DNA of 64,000 nt. Origin: Actinomycetes bacterium. GTDB taxonomy: Bacteria; Actinomycetota; Acidimicrobiia; Acidimicrobiales; JAJYXR01. The notes beneath the pieces are model-generated. The model saw only the letters and a program-made list of their open reading frames with translations, was not told where the DNA came from and made no database searches. A program made the translations under genes and the position numbers. Shown here in pieces: positions 44,080-55,016 of this stretch (positions are counted from its first letter, which is position 1; each line of letters starts with the position of its first letter). Location: assembly GCA_021801795.1 (NCBI GenBank), contig JAJYXR010000004.1, forward strand, positions 106,607 to 170,606, given 5' to 3'.

Positions 44080-46088
44080 CTGAGGGCCTCGGGACCGAGT
44101 GCGTCGATGGGTAGATGACGCGCCCCCATGGCCTCGGCCAGCTCACGCGCGAGGCCGAGGCGGCGTGGACCGGTCTCGGCGTCGAACACCACCGCTGGCG
44201 TGCCACGCAGGCGCACCTGGCCTGCCGCCTCCAAGGCCGCCTCGAAGGGATCCCTGCCATCGGGCCCCTCCGTCGCGTGCCCATCGGACACCACAGCGAG
44301 CAGCGGATGGCCCGCCGGCACCCGCCGGCTTCGGGTCGCCAGATCGTGAGCGAGCAGGATGCCTTCCGCCAGGGGCGTCCTGCCGCCCGTTGGCATGTCG
44401 GCCAGTCGCGCACGAGCCACCTCTATGCTGCCCGTGGGAGCCAGTGCCACCGCGGCACCCTGGCCACCGAATGTCACCACACCTACCCGATCACGCCTCT
44501 GGTAGGCGTCCAGCAGCACGGCGAGGACGGTCCTGCGCGCTGCCTCCGCACGCTGGCGGGCACCCATTGAGCCAGATGTGTCCACCGCGAGGACCAGGAG
44601 CCTGCCTACCTTCTCCTCCGCCACAGGTTCTCTGATGTCCTCTGCCAGCACCTCCAGGTCGCCAGGATCACCGTCCTGGCGGCGCTGACGCCTGCGCGCC
44701 GCAGACACCGTCGCCACCAGGGCCACCTCCCCCGGGGGAGACTCTGCCACACGCGCTCCGATGATCCTGCCGCGTCGACCAAGACGACTGCCGCTCCGGC
44801 CGGCTGGCTCCCCAGCCGCGAGACGGGTCGATCCCTCCCGACGGCGTCCTGCCAGTAGCTCCCGGCCGAGGGCGTTCACATCCGGGGTGCCCTGGCCGAG
44901 GCTCTGGCTGCGCTCACCGGCTGAGGCAGGACCTTGGGTGTCGCGAGAGCGCTCACCGGCTGAGGCAGGACCTTCGGTGTCGCGAGAGCGCTCACCGGCT
45001 GAGACAGGACCTTCGGTGCCACGCAAGGCCTCCTCGGGTGAGCCGACCTCTTCGGCGGGGCCAGCTCCCCTCAGCCCATCCCCGCTGCTGTCGCTGCCCG
45101 ATGGAGCACCTGAGGGGCTGCCCGATGGATCGGTTCCCGGCTGCTCCGGTCCCGTAGAGGATCTCGGCCCAGCTCCACCCCCGAAGACCGACCTCAGGGC
45201 ATCGTCTAGCTCGGCGTCTGCTATCCCCGGTTCCTCGAATGGCGAGCGACGCCGGCGGTGACCGAGCACCATGGCGGCGACGCGTTCTACGTCGGACTCC
45301 GCGGTCACCGACCTGCCCTCCAGGCCGGCCAGTGCCGAAGCCGCTCGGGCGCAGACTATGTCGCCGCGCAGACCCTCCGCGCCCAGGGCCTCGCAGAGCT
45401 CCGAGATCTTGACCAGCAGCTCATCGGGGACGGCGGCCCTGACACAGGTGGCTATCTGCCGGCGGAGCTCAGCCTCCTCGGCAGCGAAGCGGGCTGCGAA
45501 GCCCCCCGGATCGGCCTCGTATGCCAGGCGCCTCCTCACGGCTTCGGCCCGGATAGGGGCACCGGATGGCGTGGTAACGATCACGGAGAGGCCGAATCGG
45601 TCGAGCAGTTGCGGCCGGAGCTCACCCTCCTCTGGGTTCATCGAGCCGAGCAGGATGAAGCGGCTCGGATGCACGTGGGAGATACCCTCCCGTTCCACCC
45701 GGTTGACGCCTGTAGCCGACACATCCAGGAGCACGTCGACGAGGTGATCTGGCAGCAGGTTCACCTCGTCCACGTAGAGGACACCCCCGTCGGCCGCATG
45801 CAGCAGGCCCGGCTCGAAGCGCGTCACGCCGCCTCCGAGCGCCGCCCGTAGGTCGATGGAACCCGTCACCCGATCCTCCGAGGCACCGATCGGCAGCTCG
45901 ACGAATGGCGCACCCTCGGGCAGCAGGGCGGCGAGACCACGGGCCAGGGTCGTCTTGGCCGTACCCTTGTCCCCGCGCAGGAGCACCCCTCCGATGGCGC
46001 GGTCAACGCTGGCCACCAGGAGGGCGAGGCGGACCTCGTCCTGGCCGACGACAGCGCTGAAGGGAAACGGGGCAGCCGGTGCTCTCAT
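44073..46088 (-). CDS. ChlI/ChlD-type chelatase ATPase subunit (fused AAA+ and VWA domains), partner of CobN
   Basis: [25 protein letters not shown]...[18 protein letters not shown]...[15 protein letters not shown]...[17 protein letters not shown], then an acidic/Pro-rich linker, then a VWA domain ([13 protein letters not shown]...[10 protein letters not shown]). ATG 46088 overlaps the cobN stop (ATGA). The track ORF to 47264 is over-extended. Confidence 0.87.
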   Translation of the reverse strand: MRAPAAPFPFSAVVGQDEVRLALLVASVDRAIGGVLLRGDKGTAKTTLARGLAALLPEGAPFVELPIGASEDRVTGSIDLRAALGGGVTRFEPGLLHAADGGVLYVDEVNLLPDHLVDVLLDVSATGVNRVEREGISHVHPSRFILLGSMNPEEGELRPQLLDRFGLSVIVTTPSGAPIRAEAVRRRLAYEADPGGFAARFAAEEAELRRQIATCVRAAVPDELLVKISELCEALGAEGLRGDIVCARAASALAGLEGRSVTAESDVERVAAMVLGHRRRRSPFEEPGIADAELDDALRSVFGGGAGPRSSTGPEQPGTDPSGSPSGAPSGSDSSGDGLRGAGPAEEVGSPEEALRGTEGPVSAGERSRDTEGPASAGERSRDTQGPASAGERSQSLGQGTPDVNALGRELLAGRRREGSTRLAAGEPAGRSGSRLGRRGRIIGARVAESPPGEVALVATVSAARRRQRRQDGDPGDLEVLAEDIREPVAEEKVGRLLVLAVDTSGSMGARQRAEAARRTVLAVLLDAYQRRDRVGVVTFGGQGAAVALAPTGSIEVARARLADMPTGGRTPLAEGILLAHDLATRSRRVPAGHPLLAVVSDGHATEGPDGRDPFEAALEAAGQVRLRGTPAVVFDAETGPRRLGLARELAEAMGARHLPIDALGPEALSS
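44910..45020. repeat. 39-bp tandem repeat x~2.8 in the chelatase interdomain linker
   Basis: Units at 44910, 44949 and 44988. It encodes ([13 protein letters not shown]/Q)n. Confidence 0.9.
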
Positions 46089-49000
46089 GGCGTGGAGCCC
46101 TCGCCTCCGTGGGGCCTGTGGCGGGATGCTGGCCCGGATGGTCGGGCGTCGTCGCGGGTGGGGGCCGCACGCTCTTCCTCCCAGCCCTCGGCCTGGAGAA
46201 GCCCCGACCTGAGTGTGGCGAGCGCCTCGTCGCTGGCGTCCCACATAGAGCGCTCTGCGGCCTCCAGCAATCTCTCGGTGATGGCTCGCAGGGCCCAGGG
46301 ATTCGAGGCCTCGAAGAACTTCCGGACCCGCTCGTCGCCTACATATGCAGCGCAGACCCGCTCGTACATCCAGTCCTCCACCACATGCGCGGTGGCGTCG
46401 TAGCCGAAGAGGTAGTCCACGGTGGCCGACATCTCGAATGCTCCCTTGTAACCGTGGTGCGTCATCGCTTCGATCCACTTCGGGTTCAGCACCCGGCTGC
46501 GGACCACGCGGGCTGCCTCCTGCGCCAGAGACCGTACCCGCGGTCTCGCAGGGTCCGAGGAGTCCCCGAACCAGGCCTTCGGCCCGCTGCCCCTGAGCGC
46601 TCGGATGGCCGCCACCATCCCGCCGTGATCCTGGAGGTAGTCGTCGGAGTCGAAGATGTCGTGCTCGCGGTTGTCCTGGTTCTTCACGGCCACCTCCACC
46701 GAGGAAAGCCTCCGCCGCAAGGCCTCCTCGGCCTGAACGCCCATGGCCTCTCGCGTGTAGGACCACCCGCCCCATGCCAGGTACACGGCAGCCAGGTCGT
46801 CGTCCGAGCGCCAGTTGCCGGACTCGATGACCTCCAGTATCCCCGAACCGTATGCGCCGGGCTTGGGCCCGAAGATCCGTGGATCGTCTGGCGCTCCCAG
46901 CGCGCGGAGCGGGTTCAGCTCCTCGGGCTCTGGCATCATGGCCACCTTCTCGACCGCCTCGTCGAAGAGCGCGATCACGTGTGGAAAGGCGTCGCGGAAG
47001 AACCCGGAGATCCTGAGCGTCACGTCCACGCGCGGCCGGCCGAGGTCGTCCAGCCCGATGACCTCCACCCCCTCGATCCTGCCTGACTCTGGGGCCCATC
47101 TGGGGCGGCAGCCCAACAGGGCCAGAGCCTGCGCTATGTCGTCGCCCCCGGTGCGCATGGCTGAGGTCCCCCACACCACCAGACCCACAGAACGTGGGTA
47201 GCGCCCCTCCTCCTCCAGGTGGCGCCGGCAGAGATCCTCCGCGAGGGCCCTGCCCACGTCCCATGCCAGTCGCGACGGGAGCGCGCGGGGATCGAGGGTG
47301 TAGAAGTTCCGGCCCGTGGGCAGCACGTGAGCCTGTCCCCTCGAAGGTGCTCCACTGGGCCCAGGCGCGACGAAGTGCCCGTCAAGGGCTCCGAGGAGGG
47401 CGTCGATCTCTGCCGTGGTGGCCCTGAGATCGCCCACGAGCCTCCCGCAGACCCACCGGAGAACCTTATCCACCTCTGCATCGAGCCCCCACGCGGACAG
47501 ACCCAGCCCGGAGAGGTCCCAGCCGGCTTCCTGGCACCCCACCAGGAGCCGCCTGCACTCCTCCTCGACCCGGTCGACCTCTGCCCTCCTGCCTGATGCC
47601 AGGTCGATCCCGAGCGCCCCGGCGACAGCGACCCGCAGTGACGGGATCTCACCCTGGGCCAGCCTGGTGATCGCCAGGACCATGTCCACCTCGGCTGAAC
47701 CCGATGGGGGAACGCCGAGCACGTGCAGGCCACCACGAATCTGCGCGTCCTTCAGCTCGCAGAGATAGCCGTCGATCTCCACCAGCAGATCGTCGAAGGA
47801 CGGATCGTCGAACCTGCCATCCCCGGTGGGGGCCTCCCGCCTCGTCCCGAGGCCCAGGTCCCTGTGTATCTCGGCTGCCACCAGGCATTCCCATACCTTC
47901 TTGCGTATGGCGGGCAGCTTCGAGGGGTCCAGGGATGCCACAGAGGCATGATCGTCGAGGAGGGACTCGAGCTCCACGATCTCGTCGTAGGCATCCGCGC
48001 GGGTGAGCGGCGGAACCAGGTGGTCGATGATGACGGCATGGGTGCGGCGCTTTGCCTGCGCACCCTCCCCGGGGTCGTTCACGACGAAGGGGTAGATGAC
48101 CGGGATGCTCCCGAGGGCAGCATCCGGCCCGCAGGAGGCCGACATGCCCGAACCCTTCCCAGGCAGCCACTCGAGCGTGCCGTGCTTTCCCACGTGCACC
48201 AACGCATCCGCTCGGAACACATCGTCGAGCCAGCGGTAGAAGGCCAGGTAGTGGTGGGTAGGGGGAAGGTCGGGAGAGTGGTAGACCGCTACCGGGTCCT
48301 CCCCGAAACCCCGCGGTGGCTGGATGGCCACCACGATGTTCCCGAGCCTGAGGCCCGAGAAGACGAGGCCGGCCACCCCGTCTACCTCCTTCAGACCCAC
48401 CGTGCCCGGCGGTGGTCCCCAGGCCGAGCAGACCCGCTCCCTCAGATCCTCGGGCAGGCCCGAGAACCACTCCACGTAGCTCGCTGCGCTCATCGAGCCC
48501 AGGGGCTCCGCGACCTGACCGTCTGGAGTCTGGACCGGGCTCTCTGCGTAGACCAACCCGTCGGCCAGCGAGGCCATCAGCTCGTCGCCCGAGCCCGGCA
48601 GCTCGTCGAGGGTGTAGCCGGCACCCGCCATGGCGTTCAGGAGCCCTATCACCGAGGCCGGGGTGTCCAAGCCTACGGCATTGCCGAGCCTGCTGCGCTT
48701 CGTGGGGTACGCAGAGAGCACCAGCGCCACCCGCCTGTCGGCCACCGGCGTCTGACTGAGGGCAGCCAGACGCGCTCCGAGCGACGCGAGCCTGTCCACC
48801 CTGTCAGGCAGGGACCTGTAGGCGGTCACCTCCGTGCCGATCACCTCTGCGTCGTCCACCACCTCCTTGAAGGAGAACGGCACTGCGATGATCCGGCCGT
48901 CGAACTCCGGTATGGCTATCGACATTGCCACGTCCTGAGGCACCAGGCCCCCAGTCGAGCCACGCCAGGCAGCCGAGCTGGAGGTAGCGCAGATGCCCTG

Positions 49001-49750
49001 CAGAACCGGCACGTCGAGGCGGGAGAGCGCCCCAGGGTCCCAGTTAGCCGAGTCGTCGCTGAAGGTGCCGGCCGCGAGCGTCGTCGTGATGAGAGCGTCC
49101 ACTCCCCGTGCCGCGAGCTCCGACGAGAGGTCGGCCAAGCCGTCGCTCCCGGATCTGAGGGAGTACGCGTATACGGCTATGGCGTCACAACCGGCAGCCG
49201 AGATGGCCTCGCATAGATCTTCCACGAACTGGGTATTGCCCGCGAGGACATGAGCCCGGTAGAACACGACGGCCACCAGAGGCCGTCCTGATCCGTCCCT
49301 CCATTCCCGCCAGATGCCACATGAGGGTATCTCCCGCGGGGGCTCGAAGCCGTTGCCCTCCACCAGTACCGTGTCCCCGAGGAACCGGACCAGGTTGACC
49401 AGGTTCTCCACCCCGCCATAGGTCAGGTAACCCATTGCCTCGGCAAGGATCCCCGAGGGCACCGTGCTCGCCCCTGCGAGCTCAGCATCCGGGACCGCCT
49501 CACCGCCGAAGGCAAGAAGTGGGATGCCCGCCGCCAGGCACCGGCCTCTCAGCTCGTCGAACGGCGTCTCCCACGCCTGGCGGCCACCCAGCAGCCTCAC
49601 CAGCACCATCCGCACCCCGGCTAGATCGGGCGTCTCCACGAGCCGCGAGGGATTCGCGGCGATCAGTGGGCCGAGGCCCTCGGGCAGCATCTCGGCTACG
49701 ACGCGAAGGGTGAGTATCTCCGTATCCGCGTTCGTGACGAACAGGATCAC
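46085..49750 (-). CDS. cobN: cobaltochelatase subunit CobN
   Basis: [15 protein letters not shown]...[12 protein letters not shown]... through ...[22 protein letters not shown].... GTG 49750 sits behind AAGGAGG and overlaps the upstream stop (GTGA). Confidence 0.93.
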   Translation of the reverse strand: MILFVTNADTEILTLRVVAEMLPEGLGPLIAANPSRLVETPDLAGVRMVLVRLLGGRQAWETPFDELRGRCLAAGIPLLAFGGEAVPDAELAGASTVPSGILAEAMGYLTYGGVENLVNLVRFLGDTVLVEGNGFEPPREIPSCGIWREWRDGSGRPLVAVVFYRAHVLAGNTQFVEDLCEAISAAGCDAIAVYAYSLRSGSDGLADLSSELAARGVDALITTTLAAGTFSDDSANWDPGALSRLDVPVLQGICATSSSAAWRGSTGGLVPQDVAMSIAIPEFDGRIIAVPFSFKEVVDDAEVIGTEVTAYRSLPDRVDRLASLGARLAALSQTPVADRRVALVLSAYPTKRSRLGNAVGLDTPASVIGLLNAMAGAGYTLDELPGSGDELMASLADGLVYAESPVQTPDGQVAEPLGSMSAASYVEWFSGLPEDLRERVCSAWGPPPGTVGLKEVDGVAGLVFSGLRLGNIVVAIQPPRGFGEDPVAVYHSPDLPPTHHYLAFYRWLDDVFRADALVHVGKHGTLEWLPGKGSGMSASCGPDAALGSIPVIYPFVVNDPGEGAQAKRRTHAVIIDHLVPPLTRADAYDEIVELESLLDDHASVASLDPSKLPAIRKKVWECLVAAEIHRDLGLGTRREAPTGDGRFDDPSFDDLLVEIDGYLCELKDAQIRGGLHVLGVPPSGSAEVDMVLAITRLAQGEIPSLRVAVAGALGIDLASGRRAEVDRVEEECRRLLVGCQEAGWDLSGLGLSAWGLDAEVDKVLRWVCGRLVGDLRATTAEIDALLGALDGHFVAPGPSGAPSRGQAHVLPTGRNFYTLDPRALPSRLAWDVGRALAEDLCRRHLEEEGRYPRSVGLVVWGTSAMRTGGDDIAQALALLGCRPRWAPESGRIEGVEVIGLDDLGRPRVDVTLRISGFFRDAFPHVIALFDEAVEKVAMMPEPEELNPLRALGAPDDPRIFGPKPGAYGSGILEVIESGNWRSDDDLAAVYLAWGGWSYTREAMGVQAEEALRRRLSSVEVAVKNQDNREHDIFDSDDYLQDHGGMVAAIRALRGSGPKAWFGDSSDPARPRVRSLAQEAARVVRSRVLNPKWIEAMTHHGYKGAFEMSATVDYLFGYDATAHVVEDWMYERVCAAYVGDERVRKFFEASNPWALRAITERLLEAAERSMWDASDEALATLRSGLLQAEGWEEERAAPTRDDARPSGPASRHRPHGGEGSTP

Positions 49751-52449
49751 CGAGACCTCCTTGGATCCCGGCGGCCCGATCCGACCAGGTCGAGAATGGC
49801 TTCCAGGTCGCAGTGAGCTTCCACCAGGTCGGCCAGAGCGTCGATCCTGCGTTCGCGAAGCGTGGAGAACCCCCATGGCGAGAGGGTGATGCGCACACCC
49901 CGCCTCGCGGCCACATAGCGAAGGAAGGACCGCCTGAAGCCGTCGTTCTCGAACAACCCGTGAAGGCTGGTGCCGATCACCGAGCCAGACGCGTCGTAGG
50001 CTCCCTCTGGAACCGGGCCTGCTTCGCCTTCCACCTCTGCGAAGGGCCGCGCGCTGGATCCGATGGGTCGAGTCCTGCCGTGATGGATCTCGTACCCCGA
50101 GACCCACATGGGGTTGGGATGGCCGGAGCTGGGCATGGGACCGGCACCTACCAATGGGGCCGGTCCGAGCACCCTGGCGGCGGTGCGCCTGACCACCTTC
50201 GCCGGCTCGAAGCGGGTCTCGACATCGAGGAGGGCAAGACCATCCAGCGAAGCCACCTGCGACTCCACGCCGTCCTCGATGCGCACCCCCAGCATCTGGT
50301 ACCCGCCGCAGATTCCGAGCAGCACAGGACCGTCATCGCGGCGCGCCAGGTCACGCAGTGCTGCGTCCAGACCCACATCGCGCAGCCACGCCAGGTCCCA
50401 GACGGTGGCCTTCGTGCCCGGGATCACCACCATGTCCGCCCGACCCAGGTCGCGCGCATGGTGAAGAGCGCGGAGCCTGACGCAGGGCTCGGACGCTAGT
50501 GGATCGACGTCGGTGGCGTTCGCGAGGTGCGGCAGGGCCACCACTGCGACGTCGAGAACCCCAGACTCGGCTGGCGCCCCCGGATCGAATGACGCCCGGC
50601 CCGAACCCGCCCGGCCCGATGACGCCGGGCCCGATGACGCCGGGCCCGAACCCGCCCGGCCCAGCGCCCCCGGACCCAGCGTGAAGGAGAGGGAGTCCTC
50701 CGCATCCATCGCCAGCCCTTCGGTCCAGGGCACCACGCCGAGTCCAGCCAGTCCGGTCCTCGCCTCGACCTCCTCGACCCCAGGCAAAAGGATCCCGGGG
50801 TCGCCGCGGAACTTGTTGATTATGAAACCCCCGAGCATCTGGGCCATCGAGTCGGGCAGGATCGCGACGGTTCCGAGCAGCGCTGCCAGCACGCCTCCCC
50901 GCTCGATGTCGCCCACGAGGAGGGCCGGTATCCCCGCATCCCTGGCAAGCCCCAGGTTCACGAGGTCATCAGACAGGAGGTTCACCTCGGCAGGGCTCCC
51001 CGCTCCTTCGCACACGACCACGTCGTAGCTACTGCGCAGGCCGTCCAGCGCTTCGAGAACCAGCGGGCGAAGCTGCTTCTTCAAGGCCTGGAACTCGGCC
51101 GCGCTGCATGTTTCGTATGGGCTGCCCATGACTATCACCTGGCTCGTCCGGTCCGAGGTGGGCTTCAGCAGCACCGGGTTCATCGCTGCATCTGGCTCGC
51201 AGCCGGCAGCTATCGCCTGGATGCCCTGTGCCCTGCCGATCTCGTGGCCGCCGGCCGTGACCCAGGAGTTCAGGGACATGTTCTGACCCTTGAAAGGCGC
51301 CACCCGCACACCCCGGCGTTTGAGCAGCCTGCAAATACCTGTCACCAGGGCGGTCTTACCGGAGTCGCTGCCTGTCCCGCAGACCATGAGGGCGCCTGCG
51401 CGCAACGCCGGTGGCCCCTCGCGCGGCCCTGCCTTTCTGCGGACGCTGCTGGCAGACGATGCAGCCAGGCGGCTTCCAGGCCCGCCCAGGCCCCCTGGCC
51501 TCGGCCTGCCTGCGAGGGCCGCATCCAGCCGGTCGAGGGAGCGCTCCGTGGTCACCGAGACACGGAAGACCCCCGGCATGGAGAAGCTGGTGCAGTCGCG
51601 CACCAGGATCCAGGAGGCCGCCAGGCGCTCGCGCAGATCCGGGTCCCCTTCCACGAGCACCCAGGGTGCGTCCCCGGCCCGCACCGAGAGACCGTGAGAG
51701 CGCAGCAGGTCTGCGAGCTCGGCACGACTGGTCGCGATCTGCTCGACCAACAGCGCCAGGTCGCACTCCCGCACCAGGTCTCCTAGGACAGCTCCTGCCA
51801 GGGCATTGACCGACCACCGCGGCTGGATCCGGCGGATCCGCTCTGCCATCTCGGGATCCGGAGCCACCAGGTAGCCAGCCCTCAGGCCAGGACACGCGAA
51901 CAGCTTCGTGAGAGAGCCCAGGACCATAGCCCCCCTGCATGCGTCCCCGCGGGTCCACCTGCCCGTGCTCATGGGGTAGAAGGCCTCGTCCCAGACGCCT
52001 GCGCGCTCATCCTCTCCAGCCAGCACCCCGGTCGGGCTATGAGGGTTCGACCGGAACCTCGGTCCGTCGGAGGGCCCAGGCAGGCAAGTGCCAGTGGCCC
52101 CGAGATGCTCTGCGTAGAGGGAGAACTCCGGCTCTATCACCGTCCCCTGGCCGAGGACGGTAGCAGCCAACATGATGGCCTCTGCCCCACCGTTGGTGAC
52201 CACCACCCTCGACTCGGCCACCTGAAGCGCCCCTGCGACAGCAGCGCGGAGCTCGCCTGGATCCGGGTAGCGCGAAAGGACCCCGTCGTCCAGGGCCGCT
52301 TGGACTCTAGGTCGCAGGTCCGGCGCGAAAGGGTTCAGGGTCATGGACAGATCCAGCACCTGGCTGGGATGGATGCCGAGACGCCTCGCCAGAGCGGCCC
52401 CGTCGCCCCCGTGCTGCCCCGGGTGGGGAGCCATGGCGATCGAGCTCAT
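49747..52449 (-). CDS. cobQ: single-ORF fusion: threonine-phosphate decarboxylase-like aminotransferase (CobC/CobD family) plus cobyric acid synthase CobQ
   Basis: The N-terminal ~330 aa read ...LSMTLNPFAP...VVTNGGAEAI...GSLTKLFACPGLRAGYLVAP (class I/II aminotransferase fold with an SLTK lysine). A ~45-aa linker follows. The CobQ part then reads ALMVCGTGSDSGKTALVTGICRLL..VAPFKGQNMSLNS...CEGAGSPAEVNL...GFIINKFRGD... plus a GATase-like C-terminus. No stop separates the two parts. ATG 52449 overlaps the cbiB stop (ATGA). The internal Met of the CobQ part is at 51387. Confidence 0.85.
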   Translation of the reverse strand: MSSIAMAPHPGQHGGDGAALARRLGIHPSQVLDLSMTLNPFAPDLRPRVQAALDDGVLSRYPDPGELRAAVAGALQVAESRVVVTNGGAEAIMLAATVLGQGTVIEPEFSLYAEHLGATGTCLPGPSDGPRFRSNPHSPTGVLAGEDERAGVWDEAFYPMSTGRWTRGDACRGAMVLGSLTKLFACPGLRAGYLVAPDPEMAERIRRIQPRWSVNALAGAVLGDLVRECDLALLVEQIATSRAELADLLRSHGLSVRAGDAPWVLVEGDPDLRERLAASWILVRDCTSFSMPGVFRVSVTTERSLDRLDAALAGRPRPGGLGGPGSRLAASSASSVRRKAGPREGPPALRAGALMVCGTGSDSGKTALVTGICRLLKRRGVRVAPFKGQNMSLNSWVTAGGHEIGRAQGIQAIAAGCEPDAAMNPVLLKPTSDRTSQVIVMGSPYETCSAAEFQALKKQLRPLVLEALDGLRSSYDVVVCEGAGSPAEVNLLSDDLVNLGLARDAGIPALLVGDIERGGVLAALLGTVAILPDSMAQMLGGFIINKFRGDPGILLPGVEEVEARTGLAGLGVVPWTEGLAMDAEDSLSFTLGPGALGRAGSGPASSGPASSGRAGSGRASFDPGAPAESGVLDVAVVALPHLANATDVDPLASEPCVRLRALHHARDLGRADMVVIPGTKATVWDLAWLRDVGLDAALRDLARRDDGPVLLGICGGYQMLGVRIEDGVESQVASLDGLALLDVETRFEPAKVVRRTAARVLGPAPLVGAGPMPSSGHPNPMWVSGYEIHHGRTRPIGSSARPFAEVEGEAGPVPEGAYDASGSVIGTSLHGLFENDGFRRSFLRYVAARRGVRITLSPWGFSTLRERRIDALADLVEAHCDLEAILDLVGSGRRDPRRSR
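50588..50662. repeat. 15-bp-based repeat block inside the CobQ part
   Basis: Alternating cccgaacccgcccgg and cccgatgacgccggg units. It encodes GRAGSGPASSGPASSGRAGSGRAS. Confidence 0.8.
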
Positions 52450-53483
52450 CCGAGCACGCTCCTGGCGGCCAGCAGGGACATCCCGAGCCCGACTGTCACC
52501 TCGCGGCTCAGCCGGACCGCGGCCTCGATGTCCGAGGGTCCAGGAACGCGTCCACCCTCGCAGAGCACCGGCCTCTCCACGAGGCGCCCACCGTAGGAGC
52601 AGGGACCTCCGAGCTGCACGCCCAGTGCAGCCGCGAAGGCCGACTCCGCCACCCCCGCGTTCGGCGATGGATGGCCCCTGGACTCGCTCCGCAGCGCCCG
52701 CCAGACCGACCGTGCCGACCTCGGCCTCACCGCTGCCACGAGCAGGGCCGTGAGCCTGGCAGGTACCAGGTTGGCCAGGTCGTCCGCCCTGGCGCTCGCC
52801 CACCCGAAGCGCGCGTACCTCGCGCTGCGGTGCCCCACCATCGAATCCAGGGTGTTCACCGCCCTGTAGCAGGTAGCTCCCGGTGCCCCAGCGATAGCAG
52901 CCCAGAAGCCCGGGGCCACCACCGCATCCACGGTGTTCTCCGCTACCGACTCCACGGCTGCAGCCGAGAGGGCTGCCGGTCCCATGCCTTCGAGGTCCCT
53001 GCCCACCAGGGCGCGTAGTCGACCACGGGCTAGATCCACATCCCCGGCATCGAGGGCTCTGCTCACCGCCAGAGCGCTCTCGCCCAGGCATCTCCCGGCA
53101 GAACAGACGGCCAGCGCTACAGCAGTGCCGAGTGCCGTCCCGGCCCGGCTACCACCCACCAGCCCTGCCACGGCACGCGGACGGCCTCCGGACGACACGT
53201 AGCCTGCCCGGCGGCCGATCCACGCCCCACCACCTGCCAGCGCAATGCCCGCGGCCAGGCCACATCCCGTGCCAAGGACCCAGAAGGCCATTCCACGCCA
53301 CCGTCGGTCCGCCCAGAGCCTGCGCTCCATGGCCTCCATGGCCGAGCCGAAGGCCGCTACGGGATGGATGGTGTCGGGCGGCTCACCCACCAGCGCGTCC
53401 GCTGCCAGTCCCATGACCGCCCCCGCCAGACTGCTTCTCAGGAGACCGAGGTGACCCCGGCTCGCCACCGTCCGGCTCACCAT
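52446..53483 (-). CDS. cbiB: adenosylcobinamide-phosphate synthase CbiB (CobD)
   Basis: ...GEPPDTIHPVAAFG...VAENTVDAVVAPGFWAAIAG...YRAVNTLDSMVGHRSARY..FGWASARADDLANLVPARLTA...SPNAG. The start is ATG 53483 or GTG 53480, overlapping the cobS stop. Confidence 0.87.
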   Translation of the reverse strand: MVSRTVASRGHLGLLRSSLAGAVMGLAADALVGEPPDTIHPVAAFGSAMEAMERRLWADRRWRGMAFWVLGTGCGLAAGIALAGGGAWIGRRAGYVSSGGRPRAVAGLVGGSRAGTALGTAVALAVCSAGRCLGESALAVSRALDAGDVDLARGRLRALVGRDLEGMGPAALSAAAVESVAENTVDAVVAPGFWAAIAGAPGATCYRAVNTLDSMVGHRSARYARFGWASARADDLANLVPARLTALLVAAVRPRSARSVWRALRSESRGHPSPNAGVAESAFAAALGVQLGGPCSYGGRLVERPVLCEGGRVPGPSDIEAAVRLSREVTVGLGMSLLAARSVLG

Positions 53484-54196
53484 CGGCCCGCTGCCACTAC
53501 CAGTGCCACCGTCTCCATGACGACCCCTGCGGCCCCTAGGACGTCCCCGGTGAAGCCGCCCAGGCGCCTCCGCGCCAGGGCTGCCACTCCCAGGCCGGCT
53601 GCGAGGCCGGCTGCTAGAGCCACACCTCCGGCCAGCGGTCTCCAGGCAAGCGTGGCACCGAGCGCGAGGACTCCACCGAGAGCGCCGGCTATCCATCCAG
53701 GTGCACCCGACCCTCTGGCCGGCAGGAACGCAGATGCCAACCCGCCCTCCGCACGCGCATATGGGGTAAGAGAGGTGACCAGACCCATCAGGCCACGCGA
53801 CCCAGCCCAGATCCCGGCCAGCAGGAGGACGTCCGGCCTGACAGCCACCAGCGCCGCCCAGCGCAGTATTAGGGCTGCGGCCCCGGCGGCGACTCCGTAG
53901 GCTCCCACATCGGACCTCGCCATCACCTCCAGGCGGCGGGCTGGCGAACCGTGGAGGAAGATCCCATCGGCGGTGTCGACCAGCCCGTCCATGTGGAGCA
54001 TCCCGGTAAAGGCGAGGTCGCAGGCCACCACTATCCCCGCGACCACACCCGGCGGCCACTCGAGCTGGCAGGACCACCAGATCCCCCCAAGCGCGGCTCC
54101 GATCAGCAGGCCGACCACCGGGAACCAGGCGACAGCCGCAGGCGTGACCGATCTCCCCCCACCGAAGGGGGTGAGGAATGAGAGCGCCTGGCGCAC
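53477..54196 (-). CDS. cobS: adenosylcobinamide-GDP ribazoletransferase (cobalamin synthase CobS)
   Basis: MRQALSFLTPFGGG...WFPVVGLLIG...HMDGLVDTADG...GFTGDVLGA. Confidence 0.87.
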   Translation of the reverse strand: MRQALSFLTPFGGGRSVTPAAVAWFPVVGLLIGAALGGIWWSCQLEWPPGVVAGIVVACDLAFTGMLHMDGLVDTADGIFLHGSPARRLEVMARSDVGAYGVAAGAAALILRWAALVAVRPDVLLLAGIWAGSRGLMGLVTSLTPYARAEGGLASAFLPARGSGAPGWIAGALGGVLALGATLAWRPLAGGVALAAGLAAGLGVAALARRRLGGFTGDVLGAAGVVMETVALVVAAGRW

Positions 54197-54814
54197 TCAG
54201 GATCCTTCCCCCGCGCAGCCCGGAGAGTCGCTCGGGTGCTCCCCAGCCCTCGGGGGTGCCTCGAAGGAGAGTGGAACGATGCTGTCTCCCATTCTCATTA
54301 CGCGCCCTGCCAGGACGAAGAGGACCTCGTCGGCTACCTCGGAGACTGCACGGTTCACCAGGGCCAGCGCCTCGCGGAAGTGGCGGCCGGCCTGAGTCAG
54401 TGGATGCACGCCCAGGCCCACCTCGTCGGACACCACGATGCTGCTGCGACCAGATCCCCTCCTGTCCCCGAGCACGCCGGCCAGAGGCCTCGCATCGACC
54501 TCGAAACCCTCCAGGGCCGCCACCCAGGTGCCCAGCGAGTCGACGAGCGCCACTCCCTCGATCTCCCGGAGCACGGCAGGCAACGACTCAGGTGTCGCGA
54601 GCTCCAGGGTCTCCCAGTGAGGAGGCCGCCTGGCCACATGAGCAGCCACACGAGCTGCCCAGGAGGGATCATCGGGGTCCTCTGCGGGCGCAGTGGCCAC
54701 GTAGGTGACCGGCTGGCCGAAATGCCGCGCTGCGAGTGATTCAGCCGCCTCGGACTTTCCCGAGCCGGCCCCGCCGACGACAAGTGTTACGTATGGCTCC
54801 ACCCTGTGATGCAC
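54197..54814 (-). CDS. cobU: bifunctional adenosylcobinamide kinase / adenosylcobinamide-phosphate guanylyltransferase (CobU/CobP)
   Basis: ...VTLVVGGAGSGKSEAAESLA...VTYVATA...WETLE...VLVDSLGTWV...IVVSDEVGLGVHP. The start is GTG 54814 or the GTG at 54802. Confidence 0.85.
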   Translation of the reverse strand: MHHRVEPYVTLVVGGAGSGKSEAAESLAARHFGQPVTYVATAPAEDPDDPSWAARVAAHVARRPPHWETLELATPESLPAVLREIEGVALVDSLGTWVAALEGFEVDARPLAGVLGDRRGSGRSSIVVSDEVGLGVHPLTQAGRHFREALALVNRAVSEVADEVLFVLAGRVMRMGDSIVPLSFEAPPRAGEHPSDSPGCAGEGS

Positions 54815-54821
54815 GTCCTCG

Positions 54822-55016
54822 CGTCCTACCTCCCGCCTACCTGGCGGGCAGGTTCACCGCCAGAGGCGGGCAGGCAGGTCTCCTGGCTCCCGGATCGCTG
54901 CTCACCTCGGTCTTCCAGCTCGCCTGCGAGCCGTGGCCTTAGTTGAGGGTCACTCCCCGGTCACAGTTGCGGGACAGCCCCGGACTCCCACCGGGTTCCC
55001 TGCGCTACGCCACACA
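54822..55016 (-). promoter_or_regulatory. cobalamin (AdoCbl) riboswitch upstream of cobU
   Basis: The minus-strand RNA reads ...GCGCAGGGAACCCGGUGGGAGUCCGGGGCUGUCCCGCAACUGUGACC...GGCCACGG...GGAAGACC...GAGCCAGGAGACCUGCCUGCC.... This is the conserved GGGAA-GGUG-A-UCC-GC-G-CCCGC-ACUGU core plus the B12 box (GCCAGGAGACCUGCC, + strand 54874-54888). Downstream, CCCGCC-AGGUA-GGCGGG(AGG) can sequester the SD GGGAGG ahead of GTG 54814. Confidence 0.88.

Noticed and set aside
44073-54077. Over-long track ORFs (1063 aa at 44073..47264, 1340 aa at 46085..50107, 1114 aa at 49747..53091, 543 aa at 52446..54077) suggesting giant overlapping proteins.
   Set aside because: In each case the conserved domain begins at an internal ATG or GTG that overlaps the upstream gene's stop codon (ATGA/GTGA), often with a good SD. 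The N-terminal extensions are Arg/Gly/Pro-rich read-through of the upstream gene in another frame.
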